Part shown: positions 17,155-25,380 of the stretch, piece after piece | Position numbering within the stretch: position 1 is the stretch's first letter | How the letters are laid out: every line of letters starts with the position of its first letter | NCBI GenBank assembly: GCA_044376115.1 | Contig: JBILLK010000006.1 | Coordinates: forward strand, 32,001-96,000 | Direction of reading: 5' to 3' | Source: Polyangiaceae bacterium | Lineage (GTDB): Bacteria; Myxococcota_A; Polyangia; Polyangiales; Polyangiaceae | Length of the DNA: 64,000 bases | Program-made: the position numbers and the translations under genes | The notes under the pieces: generated by a model | Database searches by the model: none | Seen by the model: the letters and a program-made list of their open reading frames with translations, nothing else | What the model was told of the DNA's origin: nothing

Positions 17155-20100
17155 TCAAATCGTTGAAGGGTTGTACTTGGGCTTCGGCGGTTTCCCACCG
17201 TTCGGCTTGCCACCGTTTGGCTTGACCGGCGCAGCTGTGGTCGGCTTCGGCGGTTCTGTAGTGACCGTGGGGGCAGCGGTGGGCTCGGCCGTGGGCTCGG
17301 CCGTAGCGCTGGGCGCTGCGGTGGGTTCTGCCGTGGGTTCTGCCGTGGGAGTGGGCTGCGCAGGCGTCGGGGTTGACGTTGGCGAAAGCCCAGTGCTCGT
17401 GGTTTGGGTGGTCGCCGTTGGTAACGCGCTCGTCCCAGGTTTGCTCGCGCTGCCTGAATCAGGCTTCTCCCGCATCGATTCGATCAGCGCGATGATCGCG
17501 ATACCGGCGACCACCCCAACCACGATCAAGATGCCGAGCCGCGCCCACGGTGAAAGTCCGCGGCGAGGAGCGGGAGGCTCTGCTTCGTACTCGCGCTCGC
17601 TCGGCGGCGGGCCGGCGTACACGTCCGGGGCCGCTACCGCGGGTGCAACTCCGATGGGGTCCACCGTAGGCACGCTCACCGGCTCTGCCGACGGTGGTGC
17701 GGGGGAAGGCAGCGGCTCCGACGGCACCACGAGGTTCGCGAACGGATCCGAAGGTGGCGCCACTTCGACGGGAGGAGGAGGCGGTGGAGGCGGCGGTACC
17801 GAACGGTGCGGTTGATCCAGCGCTCCAGCGCTTTTCGCGAGCGCAGCGTCTCGCTCCCGAAACGGCTCCGACAGCGCCTTCTGAACGAAGCTCGCTACGT
17901 CTTCGGTACTGGCGGGCTTGCTCACCACGTCGTCGAGTTTGACCAGCGATGCACGCACAGCATCGGCGTTGGCCGGACGTTTCTTCGGGTCTTTCTCGAG
18001 CAGCTGCATGATGAGCCGCTCGAACTCAGGGTGCAGTTCGGGGCTGAGGCCGCGCGGATTGGCTGGCGTCTTGAGCACGATGTTTTCGATCGTTTTCAGC
18101 TCCGAGTCCCCGCGAAACGGATGCACGCCGGTGGCCATCGTGTAGAGCACGCAGCCAAGTGAGAAGAGATCGCTGCGGCGATCATGCGGGACGCCACCAA
18201 GCTGCTCCGGCGATAGGTATGGGGTTTTGCCCTTTACCGTCGACCCGACGCGGGTGACGTGCACGCGGCCTTTCGACTTCGCGATCCCGAAGTCGACGAT
18301 CTTCACCACGCCCGCTCGGGTCAGCATGATGTTCGCCGGATTGACGTCCCTGTGAATCAGGTCGACGAGCGCACCGCTCCCGTCCTTCAGCTCGTGCGCT
18401 GCGTGCAGGCCGGCGCAGATACCGGCCGCGATTTTGATCAGGATGTTCTCGGGGATCCCACCGGTGGTGCGCGTCGCATTCTGCAAGGCGCCGAGCGTGT
18501 CGCCGTCGATCCACTCCATGACGAGGAAGACGGCTTCTCCCTGCGTAACGCAGGCCAACGTCTGCGCAACGTTCTCATGGTGAATGCGAGAGGCGACCCG
18601 CATTTCATCGGTGAACATCGTCGCGAAGTCGGGTTCATCCGAGAGCTCCGGGAGGATCGTCTTGACCGCAACGAGGTCTGTCGCTCCGCGAGTTCCGGCG
18701 GGGCGTGCAGCCCACACGGTGGCCATGCCTCCTCGGGCTACCGGTTCAATCAGTTGGTAATTGCCGGCTTCCCCGCCGGCCAACACCAACCCGGCGGCGA
18801 TGTCCTCGCCGCGCAACGAAGGCGCGTTCGTAGCCGCGGCACCTGCGTTTTTTGTCGCGGCGCTCTTGCTCGCATGCTCCTCGGTCTTTGCAGCCGCATT
18901 GGCCGGCTCCGGGGTGACCTTGGCCGCAGCGGGCGAAGGGGTCGAAGTTTGCGGCGCAGCCGCAGCTTTCGGCTTGGCCTCGGCGGCGATCGGGGAGGGG
19001 GTGCTCGCGGCCTCTGCGATCGCGCTGCCCGAGCTGGCTTCCGAAAGTGCGACGGGCTCAATCCCCATCAGCGTGTGCTGACGAATCGGTGGACGCTTGC
19101 GCGCGGCGGGTGCTGGCGGAGGAACGGAGGGCGCTTTGGGGGCGTCAGCGACGACAGCCGGGCTCACCGCCGGTGGAGGGAGCGAAGCCGGCTTGGCTTG
19201 CGGCTCTGCCGAAACCGCGGGTGCGGCGGCCTCCACCGTCTCGACCAGGGCGTTGCCGTCTTGGGTCGACGGCTCCTCCAGCATGATCTCGATCGCCGAA
19301 TCCCGGATCTCGCTCGAAGACGCTCGCAGGTCGAGGGTCGGCTCGTCTTCCAAAAGAGACTTCGCCTCTTTGGGAACGGCCGGCGCAGCCAGGGCAAAGC
19401 CCATCAGTGTCTGAGCGCGTGGGCGGATGGGTGGCTTGGGAGCCTCCGGCTTTGCCTCTGCCGAGCTCGTCCCGTTGGTCTTCACCGGTTGCGGGCGTTG
19501 CGAGGCGGGGCCTGGAACAACCGACGAAAAGGCTCGCGCCGGGGCGGTGGAAGGGCGTGGCTGCGAACGCTCGACCAAGCGTGAGCAGAACTCCACGACG
19601 TCCGCGTGAGAGGCCGGGGAGGCGGTAGTCAGAGCGTTGGCAAACTCCTCGAGCGAGCCACGCGCGGCGGGATCTCGCGATAGCGCCCGCGATAGCGCCT
19701 TGGAAAAATCCTCGGGCAGCTCCTCGCGCTGGGAGCGCGCGTCTGGGATCGCCGCGGAGAGCACCTTCTGTACCACCGCGGCTTCCATGCGCGAGGCAAA
19801 CAGCTTGTTGCGCGTGCAAAGCTCCCAAACCACGACGGCGAGGCTGAACAGATCCGAACGTGCCTCGGGCGCGGCCGGTGGCGGACCCAAAGTCAGGCTC
19901 ATTGCCTTCACGCGTTCAGGCGCTGCGTAGGGCAGTCGATCGAGGTTCTTCGCGAAGTGAAGGCCAAATCGGGCTAGCGCACGATCCGCGCTGAAGCCCG
20001 AAACCCGGGTCACGCCGTCTTGCCCGACGAATATGCACCACGGCCCGAGTTCGCCATGGCTGAAGCCTTGCTCCGCGCCGCTCTGTTCATAAGCTGCGGC

Positions 20101-20487
20101 GACCGCGGTTGCAGCGTCCAACCCGATTCGAAGGGCGATTGGTACTGGCAACCCGTCAGGGCCGACTCGACGCAGTAGCGCCAGCAGGCTTTCGGCCTCA
20201 GTCCAGCTCTGAACTACGAACGGCTCGCCGTCGATCGTGCCGGCCTCGAGCACCGCGTTGACGTTCACATGCCGAAAGGCGACCGCCTTCTTGGCTTCGT
20301 TCTGAAGATTGTCGCAAAGCTGTGCGCTCTTCGCGACGTGGCGGTGCACCTTCGTCAAAACGACGCTTTCGGTGCTGCCTTTTCGGTTCGCAATGAAGGT
20401 GGCGCCGACGCTGCTCGCGCTCACTTCCCGCACGAGCTCGAAGCTCCCAAGCTTTTTTCCGGCCGATTGTTGTGGGGTGAGCGCCAT
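17155..20487 (-). CDS. Membrane Ser/Thr protein kinase with an N-terminal pseudokinase domain and an intact second kinase domain
   Basis: Domain 2: ARGGMATV, VAVK, IHRDVNPANI, DFG, YLSPE, SDLFSLG. Domain 1 is degenerate: SHGELGPWCI, SGFS, YAAPE, SDLFSL. One TM (LGILIVVGVVAGIAIIALI), then a Pro/Thr-rich tail. Confidence 0.9.
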   Translation of the reverse strand: MALTPQQSAGKKLGSFELVREVSASSVGATFIANRKGSTESVVLTKVHRHVAKSAQLCDNLQNEAKKAVAFRHVNVNAVLEAGTIDGEPFVVQSWTEAESLLALLRRVGPDGLPVPIALRIGLDAATAVAAAYEQSGAEQGFSHGELGPWCIFVGQDGVTRVSGFSADRALARFGLHFAKNLDRLPYAAPERVKAMSLTLGPPPAAPEARSDLFSLAVVVWELCTRNKLFASRMEAAVVQKVLSAAIPDARSQREELPEDFSKALSRALSRDPAARGSLEEFANALTTASPASHADVVEFCSRLVERSQPRPSTAPARAFSSVVPGPASQRPQPVKTNGTSSAEAKPEAPKPPIRPRAQTLMGFALAAPAVPKEAKSLLEDEPTLDLRASSSEIRDSAIEIMLEEPSTQDGNALVETVEAAAPAVSAEPQAKPASLPPPAVSPAVVADAPKAPSVPPPAPAARKRPPIRQHTLMGIEPVALSEASSGSAIAEAASTPSPIAAEAKPKAAAAPQTSTPSPAAAKVTPEPANAAAKTEEHASKSAATKNAGAAATNAPSLRGEDIAAGLVLAGGEAGNYQLIEPVARGGMATVWAARPAGTRGATDLVAVKTILPELSDEPDFATMFTDEMRVASRIHHENVAQTLACVTQGEAVFLVMEWIDGDTLGALQNATRTTGGIPENILIKIAAGICAGLHAAHELKDGSGALVDLIHRDVNPANIMLTRAGVVKIVDFGIAKSKGRVHVTRVGSTVKGKTPYLSPEQLGGVPHDRRSDLFSLGCVLYTMATGVHPFRGDSELKTIENIVLKTPANPRGLSPELHPEFERLIMQLLEKDPKKRPANADAVRASLVKLDDVVSKPASTEDVASFVQKALSEPFRERDAALAKSAGALDQPHRSVPPPPPPPPPVEVAPPSDPFANLVVPSEPLPSPAPPSAEPVSVPTVDPIGVAPAVAAPDVYAGPPPSEREYEAEPPAPRRGLSPWARLGILIVVGVVAGIAIIALIESMREKPDSGSASKPGTSALPTATTQTTSTGLSPTSTPTPAQPTPTAEPTAEPTAAPSATAEPTAEPTAAPTVTTEPPKPTTAAPVKPNGGKPNGGKPPKPKYNPSTI

Positions 20488-20560
20488 TTCTGGGTCAGGC
20501 TATCAGGCTCTTTGCAGACGGGGGAAGTTCGCGAGAAGAGAAAAGCTGAGTGTGGTGGTC

Positions 20561-21010
20561 ATGAAAGAAAAAGAACCGTCCGAGCCGATACGCGAAACAA
20601 AGCCGGAGCCGCTGGCTCTCGTCCCTTCAGACAGGGCTTCCCCGTACCCAGTATCGCGGCTTGCCCCAGCGTTTGACCTGGTGGATATCGCCCGCGAGAT
20701 CCAAGAGGCCGACAAACTCCTGGGCGTCGTGGTGAGCGGGCAACTCGACGTGATCGCCGACCAGATCCGTGGGCTGCAAGCAAAAGCGCGAGAACTCCTA
20801 CAAAGGGCAGAAATGAACGCCCAACTCCATCGCGCGGCGTGCAACCTCAAGAAGCGGCCAGGCCACATCTACCACCTGTACCGGCGCAGCGAGCAGGAGA
20901 GCTACTTCTCGCTCTTGTCGCCTGAAGAATGGGGCGGAACGCCGCCGCACCCGCACGAGGGCGCCTACCGTTTGGAGCTCGACATGTCCTTTACCCGCGT
21001 GGAGGCCTGA
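20561..21010 (+). CDS. DUF2452-family protein (C1orf50-like)
   Basis: DLVDIAREIQEAD..QLDVIADQIRGLQ..LHRAACNLKKRPGHIYHLY..YFSLLSPEEWG..YRLELDMSFT, recognised from memory; start at ATG 20561. Confidence 0.8.
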   Translation: MKEKEPSEPIRETKPEPLALVPSDRASPYPVSRLAPAFDLVDIAREIQEADKLLGVVVSGQLDVIADQIRGLQAKARELLQRAEMNAQLHRAACNLKKRPGHIYHLYRRSEQESYFSLLSPEEWGGTPPHPHEGAYRLELDMSFTRVEA

Positions 21011-21783
21011 GGCTTCGCCCGGGGGCGGGGGCCAGCTTGCTTGCTTCTGGCTTGCCGGCTCTTCACCTTGGGCTTTGGCTTGGCTGCGACCTTGGCGAAG
21101 TTTTCGCAAGACTCCGAGCGCGTGGGGCAGGCGATGCGCACATGAAAGTGATCATCGTGAGGTAGGGCGTTCTTCGGTTGGATCAGCACCTCCGCAGCAC
21201 GCCGGCGCACGGCCTCCGATGCGCCGGAGGCGGCTGCTACCTCCAGCATCCGCTTCTTGAGGTGGGACGCGACGAAGATTTGCAGCACCCGCGCGCTCGG
21301 GTCGGTCAACCAAGCCTCCACTAGCGCCCAGCTTCTTTCAGCGTCGAAGCTTACGCCCTTCATGTTCGCGGCTCGGAAGTCCTCCTCGATCTTCGCAAAC
21401 CGCGGAGCGACGAACGCGGATTTTCCCTTGCGCAGGTAGAAGGCAACGTCCGCGTCGCGACCGCTCTCGTGCGACTTGTGGCCGTCGATGTCGCCGCCCC
21501 CACGCTTCGATAAGTCGGCCACGGTGAGTACGGATCCCGGGTGCGACTTGGCTACCTTGGCAGCGCTCCTCGTGAGCATGTCCACGAGTTCCGGTACGCC
21601 CCAGCGATGCCCACCGACCGAGCGCAGGCTGGAGGAACTCTTGAGCTGCTTGCCCCCCTGAAGCTGACCTTCATTCGGCGAGCCCACGCTGCGCGCGTGG
21701 GGTGGGCGCGGTTGCTTGGCCTCGGCGGGAAGCGCTGTCGCTGAAACCAGCAGCAGGGAAGCAACGAGTGCTGCGAGCCTCAT
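20965..21783 (-). CDS. mepA: Penicillin-insensitive murein endopeptidase family (MepA-like)
   Basis: Signal peptide MRLAALVASLLL..AEA; SVGSPNEGQL; DLSKRGGG..GHKSHESGRDADV; HDDHFHVRIACP; basic tail. Start at ATG 21783. Confidence 0.88.
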   Translation of the reverse strand: MRLAALVASLLLVSATALPAEAKQPRPPHARSVGSPNEGQLQGGKQLKSSSSLRSVGGHRWGVPELVDMLTRSAAKVAKSHPGSVLTVADLSKRGGGDIDGHKSHESGRDADVAFYLRKGKSAFVAPRFAKIEEDFRAANMKGVSFDAERSWALVEAWLTDPSARVLQIFVASHLKKRMLEVAAASGASEAVRRRAAEVLIQPKNALPHDDHFHVRIACPTRSESCENFAKVAAKPKPKVKSRQARSKQAGPRPRAKPQASTRVKDMSSSKR

Positions 21784-21867
21784 CAGCGCGTTTGTAGCGC
21801 TGCGATCGAGTGAGAGCAACTTATCGAACTCTTGGCGCCCAGCCGGCGGCTGCACTAAGGGGCGCTC

Positions 21868-22344
21868 ATGCGTCGTCTCAACGAGTCGGTGGTCTTGTCC
21901 TGCGATGCCGAGAAGTATTGGCAGCTTTTCTGGGATGAAACAGCCATGCGCAAGCTGTACCTGGAGGGGCTTGGGTTCCGTGCTTTCAGCGTGATCGAGA
22001 AGACCGACACCGAGCGGCGGCTCAAGATTCAGCCGAAGATGAACCTCCCGAGCGCGGTCGAGAAGGTTCTCGGGCCGACCTTCGCCTATGAGGAAATTGG
22101 AACCCTCGACCGCACGCGGAACGAGTGGAAGTGGCGGATGAAGAGCCCGCTTGGCGACAAGCTCTTGTCGCACGGCGTCGTTCGCCTCGAAACCAAGGCT
22201 CCGCAGTCCGTGAAGCGTCTGGATGAAGTGACCATCGAGGCCAATATCTTTGGCTTGTCCACGGTGATCGAGATGGCGGCGGAGAAGGAGCTTCGCGCTG
22301 CTTGGCCCAAAGAGTTCGAGTGGTGGCGGGCGCAATTGGCCTAG
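21868..22344 (+). CDS. DUF2505-like (START/SRPBCC-type) protein
   Basis: Length and pattern (CDAEKYWQLFWD, PKMNLPSAVEKVLG..YEE, IEANIFGLSTVIE) resemble myxobacterial DUF2505 proteins. Confidence 0.6.
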   Translation: MRRLNESVVLSCDAEKYWQLFWDETAMRKLYLEGLGFRAFSVIEKTDTERRLKIQPKMNLPSAVEKVLGPTFAYEEIGTLDRTRNEWKWRMKSPLGDKLLSHGVVRLETKAPQSVKRLDEVTIEANIFGLSTVIEMAAEKELRAAWPKEFEWWRAQLA

Positions 22345-22353
22345 AGTGTCGGC

Positions 22354-23718
22354 GTGCGCGCGCTGATTGCAGCCTTTGGGGTGACCGCTCTCATAACGAC
22401 GTTACCTAGTGTAGAGGCTCGAGCCGCCGAGCGCGCGGTTGCGCCGCAGAGTGTCGCCACGGTCAGCGCGGAAGAGCGCTTCGTTCGTGAGGCGCTAAGC
22501 GACGCTGGAGGTGCCCTGGTTCAGCAGCGCACAGCGTTTCTGGAGGCCGGTCGCATTGTCCAGTTGGCAAGCGTCGCGAGCGAGCCGACGCGTTGCTCGG
22601 TGTTCGTCCTGCTGAGCACGCGCAACCTGAGCTTTTCGGCGAGTCTCTCGGGGACGAAGCGGCCCGCTGAAGTGGCGTTAGCGCAGCTGCGCGACGCGAC
22701 CGAAGGCGGCACGACGACCAAGAACAGCGAGAATGGCCTGCTCTTGCTTCACACCTGCACCGAACCAAACGAGGCCGCGAGCGAGGCCGGGGTGCTCGCG
22801 CGGATGAGCTCGGCGCGCGGGACGGTCTCGGCGCTAGGCACCACCGTTTCGCGCAGCCTCGACGTAGGCGACCTCGAGCGACGGCTTCGCAGTGGGCTCG
22901 GCCTGATTGATGGCCCCGCTCCAGCCCGAATCGATCTCGGCCCGCCACTTCGCGCTGAGCCGCTGACAACGCGGCGGGCGCGTGGCTCCGTACGCGCGCG
23001 GGCTGCAGGAGCAAGCAACGTCCTCTTTAGTGAAGGGCGCTCCGACGCGGTGGGGGAGGGCGTGGCTGAGTTGGTGCTAACGCGGGGCTGTCACACCGTT
23101 TCCGTCTATGGTGCGGATGGCAATGCGGCGCAGGACGTGGACGCCGAACTCGTGGACGCCGAGACCGCCGAGCGCATCGACCGTGACCGCTCGGAGCTCG
23201 CCGACGCCTTCCTTGCGGTGTGCGTGATGCGTCGGCGCTCGGTGCGCGTGAGCTGGCGGGGGGCTCTTCCCGCACAAAAGGTGCTGCTGGAAGACGCCGT
23301 TTCTGCGATCGGGACGGGTATCCCGGAGGCCTACGGCGAACGCGCTGCGGCGGGGTTTGCGGCGCTCTTTCATGAGCGCGAGACCGCAAGTCCAAGCGTC
23401 GAGCCCATCTTCGAGACGATGGGGGCACAGGGGAACGTCGAACTCACCATCGATGCCGAACCTGGCCGCTGTTATCTCGCCGCGGCGGCGCTGATTCGCG
23501 GAGCTTCACGCGGGATGCGCCTGGTCGCTGGGGATGCAGCAAAAGCGAGCCTGGTGGAAGCTCAAACTGGGAGCGAGGCCGGGCTCGTGCATTTCTGTAC
23601 GAGCAGCGAGAAAGCGTCGTTGGTGGTGGATGTACCGGGCGGGTCGATCGCCTGGGTCGGCGTTGTTTGGCTCGTCGGCGCGCAGACGCTCGGTGCCGCT
23701 GTGCAGGGGGAGCCATGA
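22354..23718 (+). CDS. Secreted protein with repeated Cys-containing beta modules
   Basis: Signal peptide; about three modules with C-x-(V/L/Y) and DVD-like motifs (RGCHTV..DVDAEL; GRCYLAAA). Confidence 0.7.
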   Translation: MRALIAAFGVTALITTLPSVEARAAERAVAPQSVATVSAEERFVREALSDAGGALVQQRTAFLEAGRIVQLASVASEPTRCSVFVLLSTRNLSFSASLSGTKRPAEVALAQLRDATEGGTTTKNSENGLLLLHTCTEPNEAASEAGVLARMSSARGTVSALGTTVSRSLDVGDLERRLRSGLGLIDGPAPARIDLGPPLRAEPLTTRRARGSVRARAAGASNVLFSEGRSDAVGEGVAELVLTRGCHTVSVYGADGNAAQDVDAELVDAETAERIDRDRSELADAFLAVCVMRRRSVRVSWRGALPAQKVLLEDAVSAIGTGIPEAYGERAAAGFAALFHERETASPSVEPIFETMGAQGNVELTIDAEPGRCYLAAAALIRGASRGMRLVAGDAAKASLVEAQTGSEAGLVHFCTSSEKASLVVDVPGGSIAWVGVVWLVGAQTLGAAVQGEP

Positions 23719-25349
23719 GACGTTGCTGCTCGCTGCTGCTGCTCTTGGCCGGGTGTGTCGAGCCGGCTCCAGCCTGTCCTACGGCGCCATTGCACGTAGT
23801 GGACGCAGCACCGTCTGACCTGCTCGACAAGATAGCGCTCGCCGCCGAAGCCAGCGGGGCTGGCAAGTTCGTCGCCATCTCCGACGCGCTGCTCTCGGAG
23901 GGAGATCGCGTCGGTGACTTCTTCGCGCCATCCTCGAAGGAGTGTTTCATCGTCTATGCACGCGCGAGCGATGGGGTTCGCGATTTGGACCTCTTCGTTT
24001 TTGGTGACGAAGGCAGCGCGCTGGCCTCGGATGAAGGCGGTTCGGCCCAGAGCGCAATCATGATCTGTCCGCCCTTTCCGGGTCGTGTGTTCGCGTCCGC
24101 GCGTGTTGCCAGCGGAGCGGGGCGAGTCGCGATCGGTGCCCACCCGGTCCCGGTAAACCGCGCTGTCGCTGTTGCGGGCGCAGTCAACGCGAGGGTGCCA
24201 GGCGAAGAGTCCGGCCGGCTCGAGAGTTGGCCGGGGCTCGAGCTGAAACTTGCCGCTCATCGCAAGCAGTTGGGCGCAAGTTGGGAGGACATCCGCCGGT
24301 TCGCCACAGTGGTAGATCCACGTGCCGCTACGCGAGCGACGGTGCCGATCGCGGCGCAGACCTGCATCGACGTCTTGGCGGTTCCTTCCGAGGAGGTGCC
24401 CTCTCTCGAGCTGATGGTCGAGGCCGACGACGGACGCGTCGTGGCGCGCGGCGAGGCTCACGGCCGCGATCGCGCGTTGGTCATGTGCTCCGAGCTTGGT
24501 GAGTCGGTCACGCTGGTGCTGCGCCCGCGCAGCACCAGCGGCCACGTGGCGTTGATCGTCGGCAAGTCGCGCGGAGCTGTTGCTCCGGAGCTATCGAGTT
24601 CGGTTGCCGTTCGCCGAGCAACGCCGAAGGGGACGGCAGAGCAGGCTCGTGAGGCGTTTGAGGCCGAGCTTGGAAGCCTTTGGGGCAAGCCCACCGCGGT
24701 CGGTAAGGGGGTGGCGTTGGTCGGGTCGCGCGTCAGCCTGCCGGTCAAGCTCCCCGCCGGTTGTTCACGCTTGGACGTCCATGCAGGAGAGCCGCTCGGT
24801 CCCTTCGATGTCGGCTTGTGGACCGACGATGGCGTGCTTCTTGGGGAGAGCGCCGCAGGGCGCCGAGCAACGGTGGTGGCTTGTCGGGAGAAGGCCGTCG
24901 AGGCCAGGCTCGACGTCGGCTCGGACGGTCGACCTGGCCCATTCATCGTCGAGCGGCGCACGTTGACTACCCCGCCTGCTGCCCTGCTTGCTCACCCGCT
25001 CGCGTTGTCGCGCCTGTTCGAGCGGTTGCGCGGCCTCGATGAACCAACGCCCAGCGAACTAGCGACGGCTGTCTCGCTCGAACTGCCTGCACGTCGTCGT
25101 GTCGATACCACGTTTGAACTTGGCGCCGATGAGTGCCTCGAGCCCGTGGTCGCGCTCGACGATGAGTCCAACGGCGGCATCGATTTGCGGCTGGCAAACG
25201 AAGCGAGCTCGGACAACGTCCTCGGCCGAGGGCGCTTCGTCGCGAGTCAACGGCTATGCGTGAGCGAAGCCGCACGTGTGCGGCTCGAGCTCCGCGCCGA
25301 CCATGGACCGCAAAAGGGCTTGCTTCTGGTTCGCAGAAGCAAGCCCTAG
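23715..25349 (+). CDS. Lipoprotein with four repeated Cys-containing beta modules
   Basis: ATGA overlap with the upstream gene; lipobox LLAGC; modules ECFIV..DLDL, TCIDV..SLEL, GCSRL..PFDV, ECLEP..GIDL. Confidence 0.75.
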   Translation: MRRCCSLLLLLAGCVEPAPACPTAPLHVVDAAPSDLLDKIALAAEASGAGKFVAISDALLSEGDRVGDFFAPSSKECFIVYARASDGVRDLDLFVFGDEGSALASDEGGSAQSAIMICPPFPGRVFASARVASGAGRVAIGAHPVPVNRAVAVAGAVNARVPGEESGRLESWPGLELKLAAHRKQLGASWEDIRRFATVVDPRAATRATVPIAAQTCIDVLAVPSEEVPSLELMVEADDGRVVARGEAHGRDRALVMCSELGESVTLVLRPRSTSGHVALIVGKSRGAVAPELSSSVAVRRATPKGTAEQAREAFEAELGSLWGKPTAVGKGVALVGSRVSLPVKLPAGCSRLDVHAGEPLGPFDVGLWTDDGVLLGESAAGRRATVVACREKAVEARLDVGSDGRPGPFIVERRTLTTPPAALLAHPLALSRLFERLRGLDEPTPSELATAVSLELPARRRVDTTFELGADECLEPVVALDDESNGGIDLRLANEASSDNVLGRGRFVASQRLCVSEAARVRLELRADHGPQKGLLLVRRSKP

Positions 25350-25380
25350 CGAGGCTGCACTCAAACTGCGATGACGCAGA

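Noticed and set aside
21784..22335. Long N-terminal extension of the MepA-like ORF
   Set aside because: Antisense shadow of the DUF2505-like gene; the signal peptide begins at 21783.
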